DNA of 64,000 nt from an uncultured Chloroflexia bacterium (GCA_963814375.1 CAWFCQ010000007.1:64001-128000), one strand, 5' to 3'. Positions 19,988 to 29,836 are shown, counted from the first letter of the stretch. The notes: a model not told the origin generated them from the sequence alone. Translations and numbers: made by a program.

Positions 19988-20834
19988 TCAGGTCCCCGAA
20001 CCGAATCGACTCGACATGGCCTCACGTTCGGCTCGCTCGGCCTCGGACGTTTCGGGCATGTACGAGCTGTAAATCACCACTCGCTGGCCCTCGATATCGA
20101 GGTAGATCCTGGTCGACCTGACCGGGACGGTGGTAGCGCCCAGCCAGCTCCGGAACTCGCCGCGGTCGCAGTCGGCGAAGTCGGTGCTCGGACCGTCACT
20201 CGATCATCTTCCCGCCGTAGCCGTCGAGCGTGACATCGACGGAACGTTGTCGACGTTGTGGGCCGAGCGCAAGGCCGGCGGCGCGGATCGTCGACCGTGG
20301 CCCGACGGCGGCGTGATCGCGCCGTCCAGCCACTGCCACGTCGAGGTAACCGGGTCATCGTCATCCCGATCCCGAAGCCCGTCGGGAACAGGGGTCGGCG
20401 ACCTCTGCTCACGCAGCCCTGCGCCGACCCAGCCGGCGGGCATGGTCAGCGTCGTGCCCTCGGGGAGGTACCTGCCATCGGGCCGCCTCGGTGGTCAGCA
20501 GGTAGGTCCCTGGCTCGAGGCTGCTATCGGTGAGGCGGGTGGAGTGGGTGTCGGATCCGGCGATGCATCCTCGATCGGGACCGCCGACACTTGGGGCAAG
20601 GAGATAGTTGTAGCCCAGCAGGGCTGCGACGACCACGGCGGCGGCGGCGAGGCCCAGCTTCATGGCGTTGTTCATCTCGGGAGACCTCCGCGCCGGCCAC
20701 CAGGCCGGGCGCTGATGTGTCGAAGGAAGCTCGGCGCGGATGGCATCGCGGACGTCATCGGGCAACGGCGTGTTGCCCTGGTAGTCATCGAGATAGCTCT
20801 CGAGCTGACCGATGAAGTCGTCGTTGCGTGTCAT
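19988..20834 (-). CDS. Putative anti-sigma / ECF partner membrane protein 1; multiple frameshifts, 3' end approximate
   Basis: MTRNDDFIGQLESYL...QRPAWWPARRSPEMNN, TM helix, C-terminal YLDIEGQRVVI; ATGA overlap with the sigma stop. Confidence 0.65.
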
Positions 20835-21380
20835 GCCGTGCCTCGCGTGACGATCGGCTGCAGATCGGCTTCGATCGCCGATCTGAGCTGCTGGAGTGCG
20901 TAGTGCAGCCGAGAGCGAGCCGTGCCGGCGGGCGTCCCCATCCGTTCGGCTGCCTCGGTCGGGCTCAGGCCCAGGTAGTGGACAAGGACGACGACCGTCC
21001 GATGCTCGACGCTGAGTCGCCGGAAGGCGCCGTCGAGCTGGTCCTGGTTCGCGATCAGTGAGGTCGAGTCCGGGACGCCCTCCCCCGATTCGAGGGAGCA
21101 GCCGCAGGTTGCCGCGCTGACGTCGTTCGCGGCGCGCTTCGGCGTAGCAGGCATGCACGAGAAGCCGATGGGTCCAGGCCTCGAACCGATCGGGATCACG
21201 CAGCTGCGGAAGATGCCGCCAGGCATCGAGCAGCGCCTGCTGGGTGGCGTCCTGGGCGAGGCTCGTATCACGCAGGATCCTGCGTGCCACGGAGTGCAGC
21301 GAGTCGCCGATGCGTCCGACGAGCTCGTCGAATGCCTCTTCGTCGCCGTGCATCGCCCGCTGGACGAGCTCGCGCTCCAT
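20831..21380 (-). CDS. ECF sigma-70 factor 1; frameshift near 21090
   Basis: Region 2 AQDATQQALLDAWRHL...RFEAW; region 4 GTPAGTARSRLHYA. Confidence 0.88.
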
Positions 21381-21427
21381 GCCTCACCCGCTGAGTGCGC
21401 TGACCGCGGTCTGCGGCCAATCAGTGA

Positions 21428-21458
21428 GTATGAGTGCGCTCGCTCGCCCAGCGTTCAA
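21428..21458 (-). promoter_or_regulatory. Putative ECF promoter TTGAAC-N18-CTCATAC
   Basis: Same motif and spacing upstream of three other genes in the window. Confidence 0.6.
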
Positions 21459-21465
21459 CCGCGGC

Positions 21466-22712
21466 TCAGGGGTTGATCTCGATCGCCTCGACGATCCCGC
21501 GCAGCTCTTCAGCTCCGCATCCGGACGTCGCTGAACCAGAAGGCGTCGATATGATGCCGTCGCCATCCAGCATGGATGCATCCAGCCTCGCGTGCTCGTT
21601 GATGATCGGCCTTCGACGGTCGAGCATGCGAGAACCGCCAGCCGCCGGCGAGCTCGGGCCCTGAAGCAGGCCGCGATGTAGTTCGGTAATTCGCGGGAGC
21701 TCCGCATCCGTGACGTCGCTGAACCAGAAGGCGTCGATCATGATCCGTTGCCCCTCCACATCGAGTATCCAGACCTCGTCGTGCTCGTTGATGATGGCCT
21801 CACGGGTCCCGAGCACGTTCGAGAATCTCGCCAGCCGAGCGCAGTCGCCGTCGCCCCCTTCGAAGCTGTACTCGACGTGCTTACCGGCGTAGCCGGAGAG
21901 GGTGACGTCGGTGATCGCGGACGCATCGGTGAAGGGCTGCGCAGCGAGACCTTCGGCAAGCTCGTCGACCGACGGACCGAGCGGCGGGTCCATCTCTTCA
22001 GCGCCCGCGCATGCGTCCGCGGCGAGGTTGGGCACGATCGTGACGATGATGCCGCGCCCTCTCGGCGGGTCGTACGAGACCTGGTAGAGGGCGGCCCCGT
22101 GGATGCTGTTTCCCCCCAGATCCCCCAGTCATCGGTGAGCGGCACGGAGACCTGGATCGGGAAGGGGTCGCCGATGATGTACGTGCCTCTGTCGGAGCCG
22201 ACGGAGCGTGAACCCGCATGCCGGCAAGGTCGTCGAGCGCGGCGTCAGCTGCGCGTAGGCGACTCGGTCGCGGCGCCGACGAAGAGAGAACCGGGTCACC
22301 AATGCCGCCCTCTTGCCAGATGGCGAGGGCGTCCGAGGTGAACTCGAGCTGCACGTTCTGCACCGTGGATCCGTCCGGCATCGCACGGTCTCCGCCGAGA
22401 ACGGGTGGACGAGGGCCTCGGCAGCGCGCCGGCCGCCGGACTGTGCGGCGCCGCGTCGTTCGCGCTCGCCGAAGCTGCCGCACGGCGACGAAGGCAATGC
22501 CGACCGCCAGCACGCTGATGGCCGCGGCGGCCAGCCCGAACCGCATCGTTGTTCATGGTTGCAGTCCTCCGCGCCGGCCACCACGTGGCGCGGCGCTGGG
22601 GGGTCGCGTCGAGCTGATCTAGCACGGCGTCGAGGACGCGGTCCGCCGATTCGTGCTCGTCCGCACTCAGCCACGACCGGACGATGCGCGTCACGTCGCG
22701 ATCGGTGCTCAT
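21466..22712 (-). CDS. Putative anti-sigma / ECF partner membrane protein 2; multiple frameshifts and an internal duplication
   Basis: MSTDRDVTRIVRSWL...TPQRRATWWPARRTATMNN, TM helix, C-terminal WILDVEGQRIMI...ELRGIVEAIEINP. Confidence 0.65.
21511..21845. repeat. Degenerate tandem duplication of about 140 bp (21511-21650 vs 21698-21845)
   Basis: agctccgcatccg..gacgtcgctgaaccagaaggcgtcgat and cgtgctcgttgatgat each occur twice; the first copy is full of indels. Confidence 0.75.
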
Positions 22713-23257
22713 TGGGCTACCTCCCGCATCGGTGGGCGAGCGTCGGCGTCGAGCGCCGCGCGCAGCCCGCGCATCGCGTAGTGAAGTCGAGAATTGACCG
22801 TCCCGACCGGGATGCCGAGCACCTCGGCAACCCGCTCGAGCGGCAGGTCGAGGTAGTGGCGCAGGACCACTACCGCGCGGTGTTCAAGGGAGAGCCGCCG
22901 GAACCCGCTCTCGAGCTGATCGCGGTCAACGACGGAGTCGATGCCGTCCGCCGCCATCGGCTCGTCAGCCGGCAGAAGGCGGAGGTTGGGTGCCCAGCGA
23001 CGTTGCTTTCGGCCCTCGGCATAGCAGGCGCGCACGAGGAGCCGGTACGACCAGGCCTCGAAGCGAGCCGGATCGCGCAGCTGCGGAAGGTCTCGCCAGA
23101 TGGTCAGCAGCGCCTGCTGCGTCGCATCCTCGGCGAGGTCGAGGTCGCGCAGGATCCTGCGCGCCACGGCGAGGTACCGATCGGCGATGCCGGCGGCAAG
23201 GTCGGCATAGGCCCCCTTGTCGCCACGCTGAGCTCGCACCACCAGGTCGGTATTCAT
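22709..23257 (-). CDS. ECF sigma-70 factor 2 (intact)
   Basis: AEDATQQALLTIWRDL, GIPVGTVNSRLHYA; 182 aa. Confidence 0.93.
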   Translation of the reverse strand: MNTDLVVRAQRGDKGAYADLAAGIADRYLAVARRILRDLDLAEDATQQALLTIWRDLPQLRDPARFEAWSYRLLVRACYAEGRKQRRWAPNLRLLPADEPMAADGIDSVVDRDQLESGFRRLSLEHRAVVVLRHYLDLPLERVAEVLGIPVGTVNSRLHYAMRGLRAALDADARPPMREVAQ

Positions 23258-23306
23258 CGCCTCATCCGCATGGGCGGCATCGGCTCAGACCGATGCGCTT
23301 CATACG

Positions 23307-23338
23307 GTATGGGTGATTGGCGCCGATGGGAACTTCAA
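23307..23338 (-). promoter_or_regulatory. Putative ECF promoter TTGAAG-N19-CCCATAC
   Basis: Shared motif upstream of sigma 2. Confidence 0.55.
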
Positions 23339-23374
23339 AGTTCGGCGGCGCCGACGGCGGACGCGCCGGGAGGC

Positions 23375-24647
23375 TCAGGCCGGTTCGGACCGCTCCTCGG
23401 GTGGCTTGGCCTCGTCGTCGCCCGACGCGGCGTCCTCGGCCAGGCGGTCGGCGGCGAGCGCGACGACCTCCTCGGGCGGGGCGTCGGGCTGCTCGCTGCG
23501 CACCTCCTCGAGAACCTCCTCCAGCTCGGCCTTCGGCGCGTCCTCGATCGTTCGCAGGTTGACCGCGTAGTTGAAGAAGACGTTCAGGACCGCGAAGATC
23601 GGAATGGCGAAGAGGGCACCCCACAGCCCGGCAATCTGTGCCCCGACCAGCAGGCTCACCAGCACGAGGATCGGATGCATTCCGAGGGCGTCGCGCATGA
23701 GCTTGGGCTGGAAGTAGTTCACGAGCACGGTCTGGACGACGAGGAGCAGGGGCGCGACGACGATCAGCCATTCAGGTTTGAAGATCGCGGTCGCCAGGAT
23801 CGGCGGCACCAGGGCCAGCGGCGGGCCGAAGAACGGGATCAGCATGGCCAGCGCCGAGGCCACCACGATCAGGAAGCCGTACGGAAGACCGACGAGCAGC
23901 ACGACCGCGATCGTGAGCGCCGTCTGGATTCGCGGCCAGGACGACCTGCGCTCGCAGGAATCCGCCGAAGGCCGTCGAGACGGTGCGTTCGAGGATCTCC
24001 GCCTCTTCCGCGTATCGGTTCGGGACGATCCGATTCATCCTGGCGACGATCGCCGTGCTGTCGGCGAGCATGTAGAGGCTGAGGATGATCACGAGCACGA
24101 GCGCTCCGAGGATCGCAACGGTGACGGCGGGCGCCTCCCCGAGCGCCGACTGCGCCAGCCGCAGCGCGGTCGCCTCGACGTCGCGGTAGAGGACGACCAG
24201 GTCCGGCGCAAATTCGCCGAATGAGATCGAGCTCTGCCAATCGGCCAGGGTGGCCTCGATGCGCTCACGAGTCTGCGGGAAGTCCGAGGCCGCCTCCCCA
24301 ACCGACGCGCCGATGGCCGAGGCCGCATAGAAGAGGAGAATCCCGCTGCCGACCAGGGTCGCGGCGTAGACGATGCCGACCGCGACACCTCGCCGCAGGC
24401 CTGCGCGCTCCACGAGCCACGCCACCACCGGCGACAGGACGAAGGCAAGCAGCCAGGCCATGAACACGATGAGGAAGATCTGCGCGAAGCCGCCGAGGAC
24501 CTGAAGGAGAAGGCCGAACAGCAGCAGGCCCACGTAGATCGTGCCCACGATGAGCAGGGCGGACAGCCACCAGCGGTCGCGCCGTCGCCGCGCGCTCGTG
24601 TCCTTCGCTCGGTTGTTTCCGGCCGGCTTCGCCGTTTGCTTCGCCAT
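23375..24647 (-). CDS. AI-2E family transporter; frameshift near 23930
   Basis: LLAFVLSPVV, FGGFLRAQ, IPFFGP, LGMHPILV motifs across ORFs 23772..24737 and 23375..23902. Confidence 0.87.
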
Positions 24648-24726
24648 CTCGTGGCGCAGTCTGCACGTCGCTGTCCAGCTCGGCAGTGCGCGCAGAACGA
24701 GCCCCGCTTCCGTGGGCTCAAGTTGC

Positions 24727-24758
24727 GCAGGGCGCAACCAATGGCGGTTGCGCCCTGC
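24727..24758 (-). terminator. Hairpin downstream of the amidase gene
   Basis: GCAGGGCGCAACC-aatggc-GGTTGCGCCCTGC, perfect 13-bp stem. Confidence 0.55.
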
Positions 24759-24766
24759 CGTCCTAG

Positions 24767-26341
24767 CTAGGGCCCGATCGACGGGATGAACGTCGGCGGC
24801 ACGCGGACCATCGTCGCCTGCTCGAAGTCGTAGGCGAACGCGATCAGATCGGCCTCACTGAACTGTCCGCCGATGAACGAGACCCCGATCGGCAGAACGT
24901 CGTCGGCGTAGCCGGCGGGCACCGTCACGTTGGCCCAGCCGGTGATCGCCGATGGAGTCGACGAGCCGATGAACGGCGAGCCGTCGCTCAGGTCGCCGCC
25001 GACCGGATCGGTCAGCCAGGCCGGCCCGTTCGTCGGCGCGATGATCGCGTCGACGCCGGCGAGCGCCTCGGTGAGGGCGGTCTCGGCGATCCCGTCTGCC
25101 TCGGCGCGGATGGCGGCACATGCGGCGTCGCGGCCGTTCGTTGCCTCGGCCAGCTCGAAGATCTCCGAATCCCACGGGCCCTCGAGCTCCGGGTTGGCCT
25201 CATTGAAGTCGATGACGTCCTGCAGCGTCTTCGGGTATCCCACGCCGGTGTACGTCGCGAAGTACGCCGGCAGATCGGCCTTGAACTCGCACAGCAATGC
25301 GTCGAACTCGGGACCGAAGGAATCCTCGATGGCGACGTCGACCTCGACCACGGTGGCGCCCTGGGCTTCGATGGCGTCGACCGTGGCGTCCATGACGGCC
25401 GCCACGTCCGCGTCGAGGACCTCGCCCTCCGAGATGTAGGTGCCGTCGCGCCACACGCCGATGACCGCCCCCTCGAGCGCATCGGCGTCCAGGGATCCGG
25501 TGTAGTCGGCAGGCGTCGCCGCCATCGCGCCGAGGAGCACGGCTGCATCGGTGACGTTGCGCGCCATCGGACCCGCAGTGTCCTGCTCGGATGAGATCGG
25601 GATGATGCCCTCACCGCTGAGCAGGCCAAGCGTCGGCTTGATGCCGACGATGCCGTTCGCGCCGGAGGGGCATACGATCGAACCGTCGGTCTCGGTGCCG
25701 ACCGCCGCGACGGCGAGGCTCGCCGAGACAGCCACACCCGAGCCGGAGCTGGAGCCGCACGGGTTGCGGTCGAGGACGTAGGCCAGGTTCGTCTGGCCGC
25801 CGACGCCGCTCCAGCCGCTCGACGACGGGATCGAGCGGAAGTTCGCCCACTCGGAAAGGTTCGCCTTGCCGATGATGATGGCCCCGGCCGCTCTCAGCTG
25901 CTCGATGATGTCTGCGTCGGCGGGTGTGCTCCCGGCCAATGACCACGAGCCGCCGGTGTTCGGCATGCCGGTCGTGTTGATGTTGTCCTTCACGATGATC
26001 GGAATCCCGAGCAGCGGTCGATCGTCGCCACGACGCCGGGCCTTGTCGGCCGCGCGCGCCTCGGCGAGGGCCGTCGGGCTCACGGTGATGACCGCGTTGA
26101 GCATCCCGTCCAGCTTCTTGATCCGATGCAGATAGAACTGCGTCAGCTGCACCGCGGTCAGCTTGTGGCTGTCCATCAGCGCCTGGAGCTGCGGGATGGT
26201 CGACGCATCGACGTCGACCCCGCGGACCGTGGTGGAGGTCGGTTTCCTGCCCAGCGCAACTGGCGCGGCGATCGCCGACAGGGCGAGCAGCAGCGCCAAC
26301 AGGATGACAAGACCGATTGACCGTCGGGCGGGACCGTTCAT
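24767..26341 (-). CDS. Secreted amidase (amidase signature family)
   Basis: VKDN, GSSSGS, GTETDGSIVCP; signal peptide; AGGAG-like context upstream not assessed. Confidence 0.92.
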   Translation of the reverse strand: MNGPARRSIGLVILLALLLALSAIAAPVALGRKPTSTTVRGVDVDASTIPQLQALMDSHKLTAVQLTQFYLHRIKKLDGMLNAVITVSPTALAEARAADKARRRGDDRPLLGIPIIVKDNINTTGMPNTGGSWSLAGSTPADADIIEQLRAAGAIIIGKANLSEWANFRSIPSSSGWSGVGGQTNLAYVLDRNPCGSSSGSGVAVSASLAVAAVGTETDGSIVCPSGANGIVGIKPTLGLLSGEGIIPISSEQDTAGPMARNVTDAAVLLGAMAATPADYTGSLDADALEGAVIGVWRDGTYISEGEVLDADVAAVMDATVDAIEAQGATVVEVDVAIEDSFGPEFDALLCEFKADLPAYFATYTGVGYPKTLQDVIDFNEANPELEGPWDSEIFELAEATNGRDAACAAIRAEADGIAETALTEALAGVDAIIAPTNGPAWLTDPVGGDLSDGSPFIGSSTPSAITGWANVTVPAGYADDVLPIGVSFIGGQFSEADLIAFAYDFEQATMVRVPPTFIPSIGP

Positions 26342-26469
26342 CGCAGGAGAACCTCCACGCGGGCGGGGCGTGCGCCGCTCATCGGGCGCAATTGGACGCT
26401 CGCGGAGGCAGCAGGTTTCGTGCCGCAACCCGCAGTCTCTGGCGGCGTGACAGCGGCTACGCTGACAGC

Positions 26470-26907
26470 GTGACGATTCAGCGGATGGACAACGTTGGGA
26501 TCGTCGTCGACGACCTCAAAGCTGCCATAGCGTTCTTCGTCGCACTGGGCCTGGAGCTGGAGGGCGAGGCGACGGTCGAGGGACAGTCGGTGGACCGCGT
26601 CGTAGGGCTCGACGGTGTCCGCAGCGACATCGCCATGCTGCGGACCCCGGACGGCCACGGCCGGATTGAGCTGAGCAAGTTCCACTCTCCGCCGGCGACC
26701 GCCGCCGAGCCGAACGCCCCGGTGAACCGGCTCGGCACGGGTCGCATCATGTTCGCCGTCGACGACATCGAGCAGGTCCTTGCCCGCGCGGAGGCGCTCG
26801 GCGCCGAGCTCGTCGGCGAGGTCGTGCAGTACGAGGACACATACCGGCTCTGCTACATCCGCGGCCCGGAAGGAATCCTCGTGGCGCTCGCGGAGGAGCT
26901 GAGCTGA
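26470..26907 (+). CDS. VOC/glyoxalase family protein
   Basis: RMDNVGIVVDDL...RLCYIRGPEGILVALAE; TACGCT 6 nt before the GTG. Confidence 0.9.
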   Translation: MTIQRMDNVGIVVDDLKAAIAFFVALGLELEGEATVEGQSVDRVVGLDGVRSDIAMLRTPDGHGRIELSKFHSPPATAAEPNAPVNRLGTGRIMFAVDDIEQVLARAEALGAELVGEVVQYEDTYRLCYIRGPEGILVALAEELS

Positions 26908-27417
26908 TGGAGACGTGGCAGGCCATCAACTCCGTGCGTGTCGTTCGAGAGTTCACGGATCAACCGCTCGATGAGGCGCACGTCGAACGCATCCTCAACG
27001 CCGGCCGGCGGACGGGCAGCTCGAAGAACCGTCAGATGTGGGCCTTCATCCACATCACCGACCGCGACCTCCTGGGCGAGCTGGCCGCGGTGGGTCGATA
27101 CGCGGGGCACCTTTCGGGTGCGGCAGCAGCGGTGGCGCTCGTGACGCCGGAGCCGGCGAGCCCATCGGTCATGTGGGACATCGGGCGGGCGGCGCAGAGC
27201 ATGGTCCTGGCCGCCTGGGAGCTCGGTATCGGCAGCGTGCCGGCAACCGTGTACGACCACGACATGGCGCATCGGCTGCTGGGGCTGCCCGAAGATCGGC
27301 GGTGCGACTTCCTGCTGTCGTTCGGTTACCCGGCCGACCCAGAGCCTGCTCACAGCGCCGAATCGATCAGGTGGACGCCTCCCGCTCGAGGAGGTCGTCC
27401 ACCGCGAACGCTGGTAG
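26907..27417 (+). CDS. Nitroreductase family protein; frameshift near 27340-27380
   Basis: VRVVREF, SSKNRQMW, DIGRAAQSMVLAAWELGIGS, FGYP; natural end VHRERW* at 27417. Confidence 0.85.
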
Positions 27418-27432
27418 GACCGATGCCGGCAG

Positions 27433-28337
27433 CTACGGCTCGATCTGGATCGAGTCCACCATCGCCCGGAGCTCGGCCTGGTGCTGCGCCGACGTCCCTT
27501 CGTAGTCATCGGCATGGATCACCACGCGGATGCCATCGACGTCGAGGATCCAGAGGTGCCATCGCTGGCCGGCCCCCTGGGCGTAGATTCCCGGATCCCA
27601 TGGGCGGTAGAACGCGCATCCGGTGAGATCCGCTGGCGTCTGAAGGTCCATGTACTTGCCGGAGTAGCCATCGAGCGTGATGTCGACGGGAGCTGTCGTG
27701 TCCAGCAGCGGATGCTCCGCGAGCGCGTTCGCAAAATCATCCACGCTGGGGCCAACTGGGATGTCAGGGTTCGCCTCGGCGCACGGATCGCTTGCCAGCC
27801 AGCTGCCCCGCATGAAGAGGAGGCTCGTACCGCCAGGCGGAGCTGCGCCCCCGTCAGTCAGCCAAAACACATTCTCGTCACTTTCGAACTGGGTCCAGCC
27901 CTCCGGGACGGTGAACGTGATGCTGATCTCGGCTGCCTCGGTGGGGTCGCAGTCGGGCCCGCTCGGCTCCGGACAGGCGCCCCACCCGCCGGCGTTCGCA
28001 AACGGATGGGCAACATAGGTACCCGCAGCCAGGCGCCCTGTATGGAGGGCAAGGGGAGTGCTGTTGGAATGGGCGTAGGGCCCGGATCTCCCAGGTTCTG
28101 ACCCGGTCCCAGGAATCTGAGGCCGATGAAGGCGACGACCAGGACGGCCGCGGCCGCCATGGCGATCTTCGCGGTGTTGTTCATTTCGGGAAGCCTCCGG
28201 CCGAGCCAGCCGGCCCGGCGCTGGGGGGTCGCGGGGAGCTGATCGAGCACGGTATCCAGGACAGCGTCCGGGAGCGCCGTGACGCCCTCCTCCAGCCACG
28301 ACCGAACGGTGCGCGTGACGTCGCGATCGGTGCTCAT
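27433..28337 (-). CDS. Putative anti-sigma / ECF partner membrane protein 3; frameshift near 28070
   Basis: MSTDRDVTRTVRSWL...TPQRRAGWLGRRLPEMNN, TM helix, ectodomain ending WILDVDGIRVVI...ELRAMVDSIQIEP. Confidence 0.75.
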
Positions 28338-28882
28338 TGCGCAGCCTCCCGCGCAGTCGGCCGCGCGTCGGCGTCGAGCGCCGCGCGCAGCCCGCGCATC
28401 GCGTGATGAAGTCGAGATCGGGCCGTCCCGGCCGGGACGCCGAGCGTCTCGGCGACCTGGTCGAGCGGCATGTCGAGGTAGTGGTGCAGCACCACCACCG
28501 CGCGATGATCGATGGAGAGCCGCCGGAATCCGCGCTCGAGCTGGTCGCGATCGACGACCGCGCTCGAGCCATCCGCCTGCATCGGCTCAACGGAGGGAAG
28601 CAGGTGCATGTTCGGCGTCCATTGGCGCGATCGGCGTCCCTCGGCGTAGCAGGCGCGCACGAGGAGCCGATACGACCAGGCGTCGAAGCGCGCCGGATCG
28701 CGGAGCTGCGGAAGGTCCCGCCAGATCGCAAGCAGCGCCTGCTGCGTCGCGTCCTCGGCGAGCTCGATGTCGCGCAGGATCCTGTACGACACCGCATGGA
28801 GCCGGTCGCCGGCGGCCACGGCGAGGCTTGCGAAGGCCTCTTCGTCACCACGCTGCGCTCGAATCACGAGATCGGTATCCAT
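28334..28882 (-). CDS. ECF sigma-70 factor 3 (intact)
   Basis: MDTDLVIRAQRGD, AEDATQQALL, GVPAGTARSRLHHA. Confidence 0.93.
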   Translation of the reverse strand: MDTDLVIRAQRGDEEAFASLAVAAGDRLHAVSYRILRDIELAEDATQQALLAIWRDLPQLRDPARFDAWSYRLLVRACYAEGRRSRQWTPNMHLLPSVEPMQADGSSAVVDRDQLERGFRRLSIDHRAVVVLHHYLDMPLDQVAETLGVPAGTARSRLHHAMRGLRAALDADARPTAREAAQ

Positions 28883-28929
28883 GCCTCTTCCGCTGGGGCC
28901 GGGACTTCGCAGGGTCCGGCCCTCACACC

Positions 28930-28960
28930 GTATGGGCGCGTCGGTCGAGAACGGACTCAA
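28930..28960 (-). promoter_or_regulatory. Putative ECF promoter TTGAGT-N18-CCCATAC
   Basis: Shared motif upstream of sigma 3. Confidence 0.55.
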
Positions 28961-28969
28961 TCTTCGTGG

Positions 28970-29095
28970 GTCGGCAAGAAGCATCTCGAGCACGTGTACG
29001 ACAAGCTGAAGGTCCGGAGCCGGACGGAGGCACTGGCGCGAACCGGGCGCTCGGTGGGAGCTTCCCCGGGCCCGGCGGTTCAGGGTCAGGACTGA
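28970..29095 (+). pseudogene. 3' remnant of a LuxR-type HTH regulator
   Basis: KKHLEHVYDKLKVRSRTEALAR is a typical LuxR C-terminus; no N-terminal part upstream. Confidence 0.7.
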
Positions 29096-29127
29096 CGCAG
29101 CCGTTCTCGTGCGGCGGACACGTAGAA

Positions 29128-29154
29128 GCCGGGCGGAGCGTGGCTCCGCCCGGC
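29128..29154 (-). terminator. Hairpin terminator after the cupin gene
   Basis: GCCGGGCGGAGC-gtg-GCTCCGCCCGGC, followed by TTCT on the minus strand. Confidence 0.6.
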
Positions 29155-29166
29155 GTCGGCGCGAGG

Positions 29167-29742
29167 TCAGTGACCGCCCATGTCACCGCCTTCCATGGCG
29201 CAATGGTTCTGGTTGGCATCGGCGATCGAAAGCGGTCCATCCGCCGGGAAGTCGAGGAAGGTGGCCACGAGGATTGTCTCCACCGTGGTGCTCGGATTGA
29301 GTGCGCTGTGGACGTTGCTGCCCGGATCGACGAACGCGGTGCCCGCCGGATAAGGTCGGTGCACGCAGTCGCTGGCCTGGATGTAGACCAGCTCGCCCTG
29401 GGCGACATTGACGATCACCGGGCCGGGGTGCGTGTGCCACGGGAACTGCGCGCCCGGCTGAATGGTGAATCGCGCCACAACCGTGCGCGAAGCCTCGGGC
29501 ATGTTGAGGACAGTGGTGCCCTTGCCGTCGAGCTTGACTTTCAGCTGCGCGCCTACCCGATCGGTGAACTGCGCCCGCGGTGTCAGCACCTCGACCGCGA
29601 TCGGTACCGGTGCCGCACGGACCAGGCCGGGCAGAACCGTGAGCGCAGCCAGCGCCATGCCCAGCGTTATCGCGAGGACGAGGCCGGCGACCGCAGCGGC
29701 AGTCCGACGCGACTTGGGCTGAATGCGGGTCAGGGTAAACAT
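29167..29742 (-). CDS. Secreted or membrane-anchored cupin domain protein
   Basis: PWHTHPGP...GEL...FVDPG..VHSA cupin motifs; N-terminal hydrophobic helix. Confidence 0.85.
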   Translation of the reverse strand: MFTLTRIQPKSRRTAAAVAGLVLAITLGMALAALTVLPGLVRAAPVPIAVEVLTPRAQFTDRVGAQLKVKLDGKGTTVLNMPEASRTVVARFTIQPGAQFPWHTHPGPVIVNVAQGELVYIQASDCVHRPYPAGTAFVDPGSNVHSALNPSTTVETILVATFLDFPADGPLSIADANQNHCAMEGGDMGGH

Positions 29743-29805
29743 CGGTGGTGTTCCCTTCCGAGCTCGGGTGAACCGGCCGTCCCGACGGGGCGGTCACGTT
29801 GCTGT

Positions 29806-29836
29806 GTATGAGGCCCGTAGAGCGCGCAACGTTCAA
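29806..29836 (-). promoter_or_regulatory. Putative ECF promoter TTGAAC-N18-CTCATAC upstream of the cupin gene
   Basis: Boxes and spacing identical to the sigma 1 motif. Confidence 0.6.

Noticed and set aside
21511-21845. Diversity-generating retroelement TR/VR pair
   Set aside because: Differences are mainly indels, not adenine-specific; no reverse transcriptase in the window
27433-28851. Single 472-aa ORF spanning sigma 3 and its partner (likewise 20409..21380 as a sigma-partner fusion)
   Set aside because: Produced by frameshifts and frame overlap; the intact pair 22709..23257 / 22712 shows separate genes with an ATGA overlap
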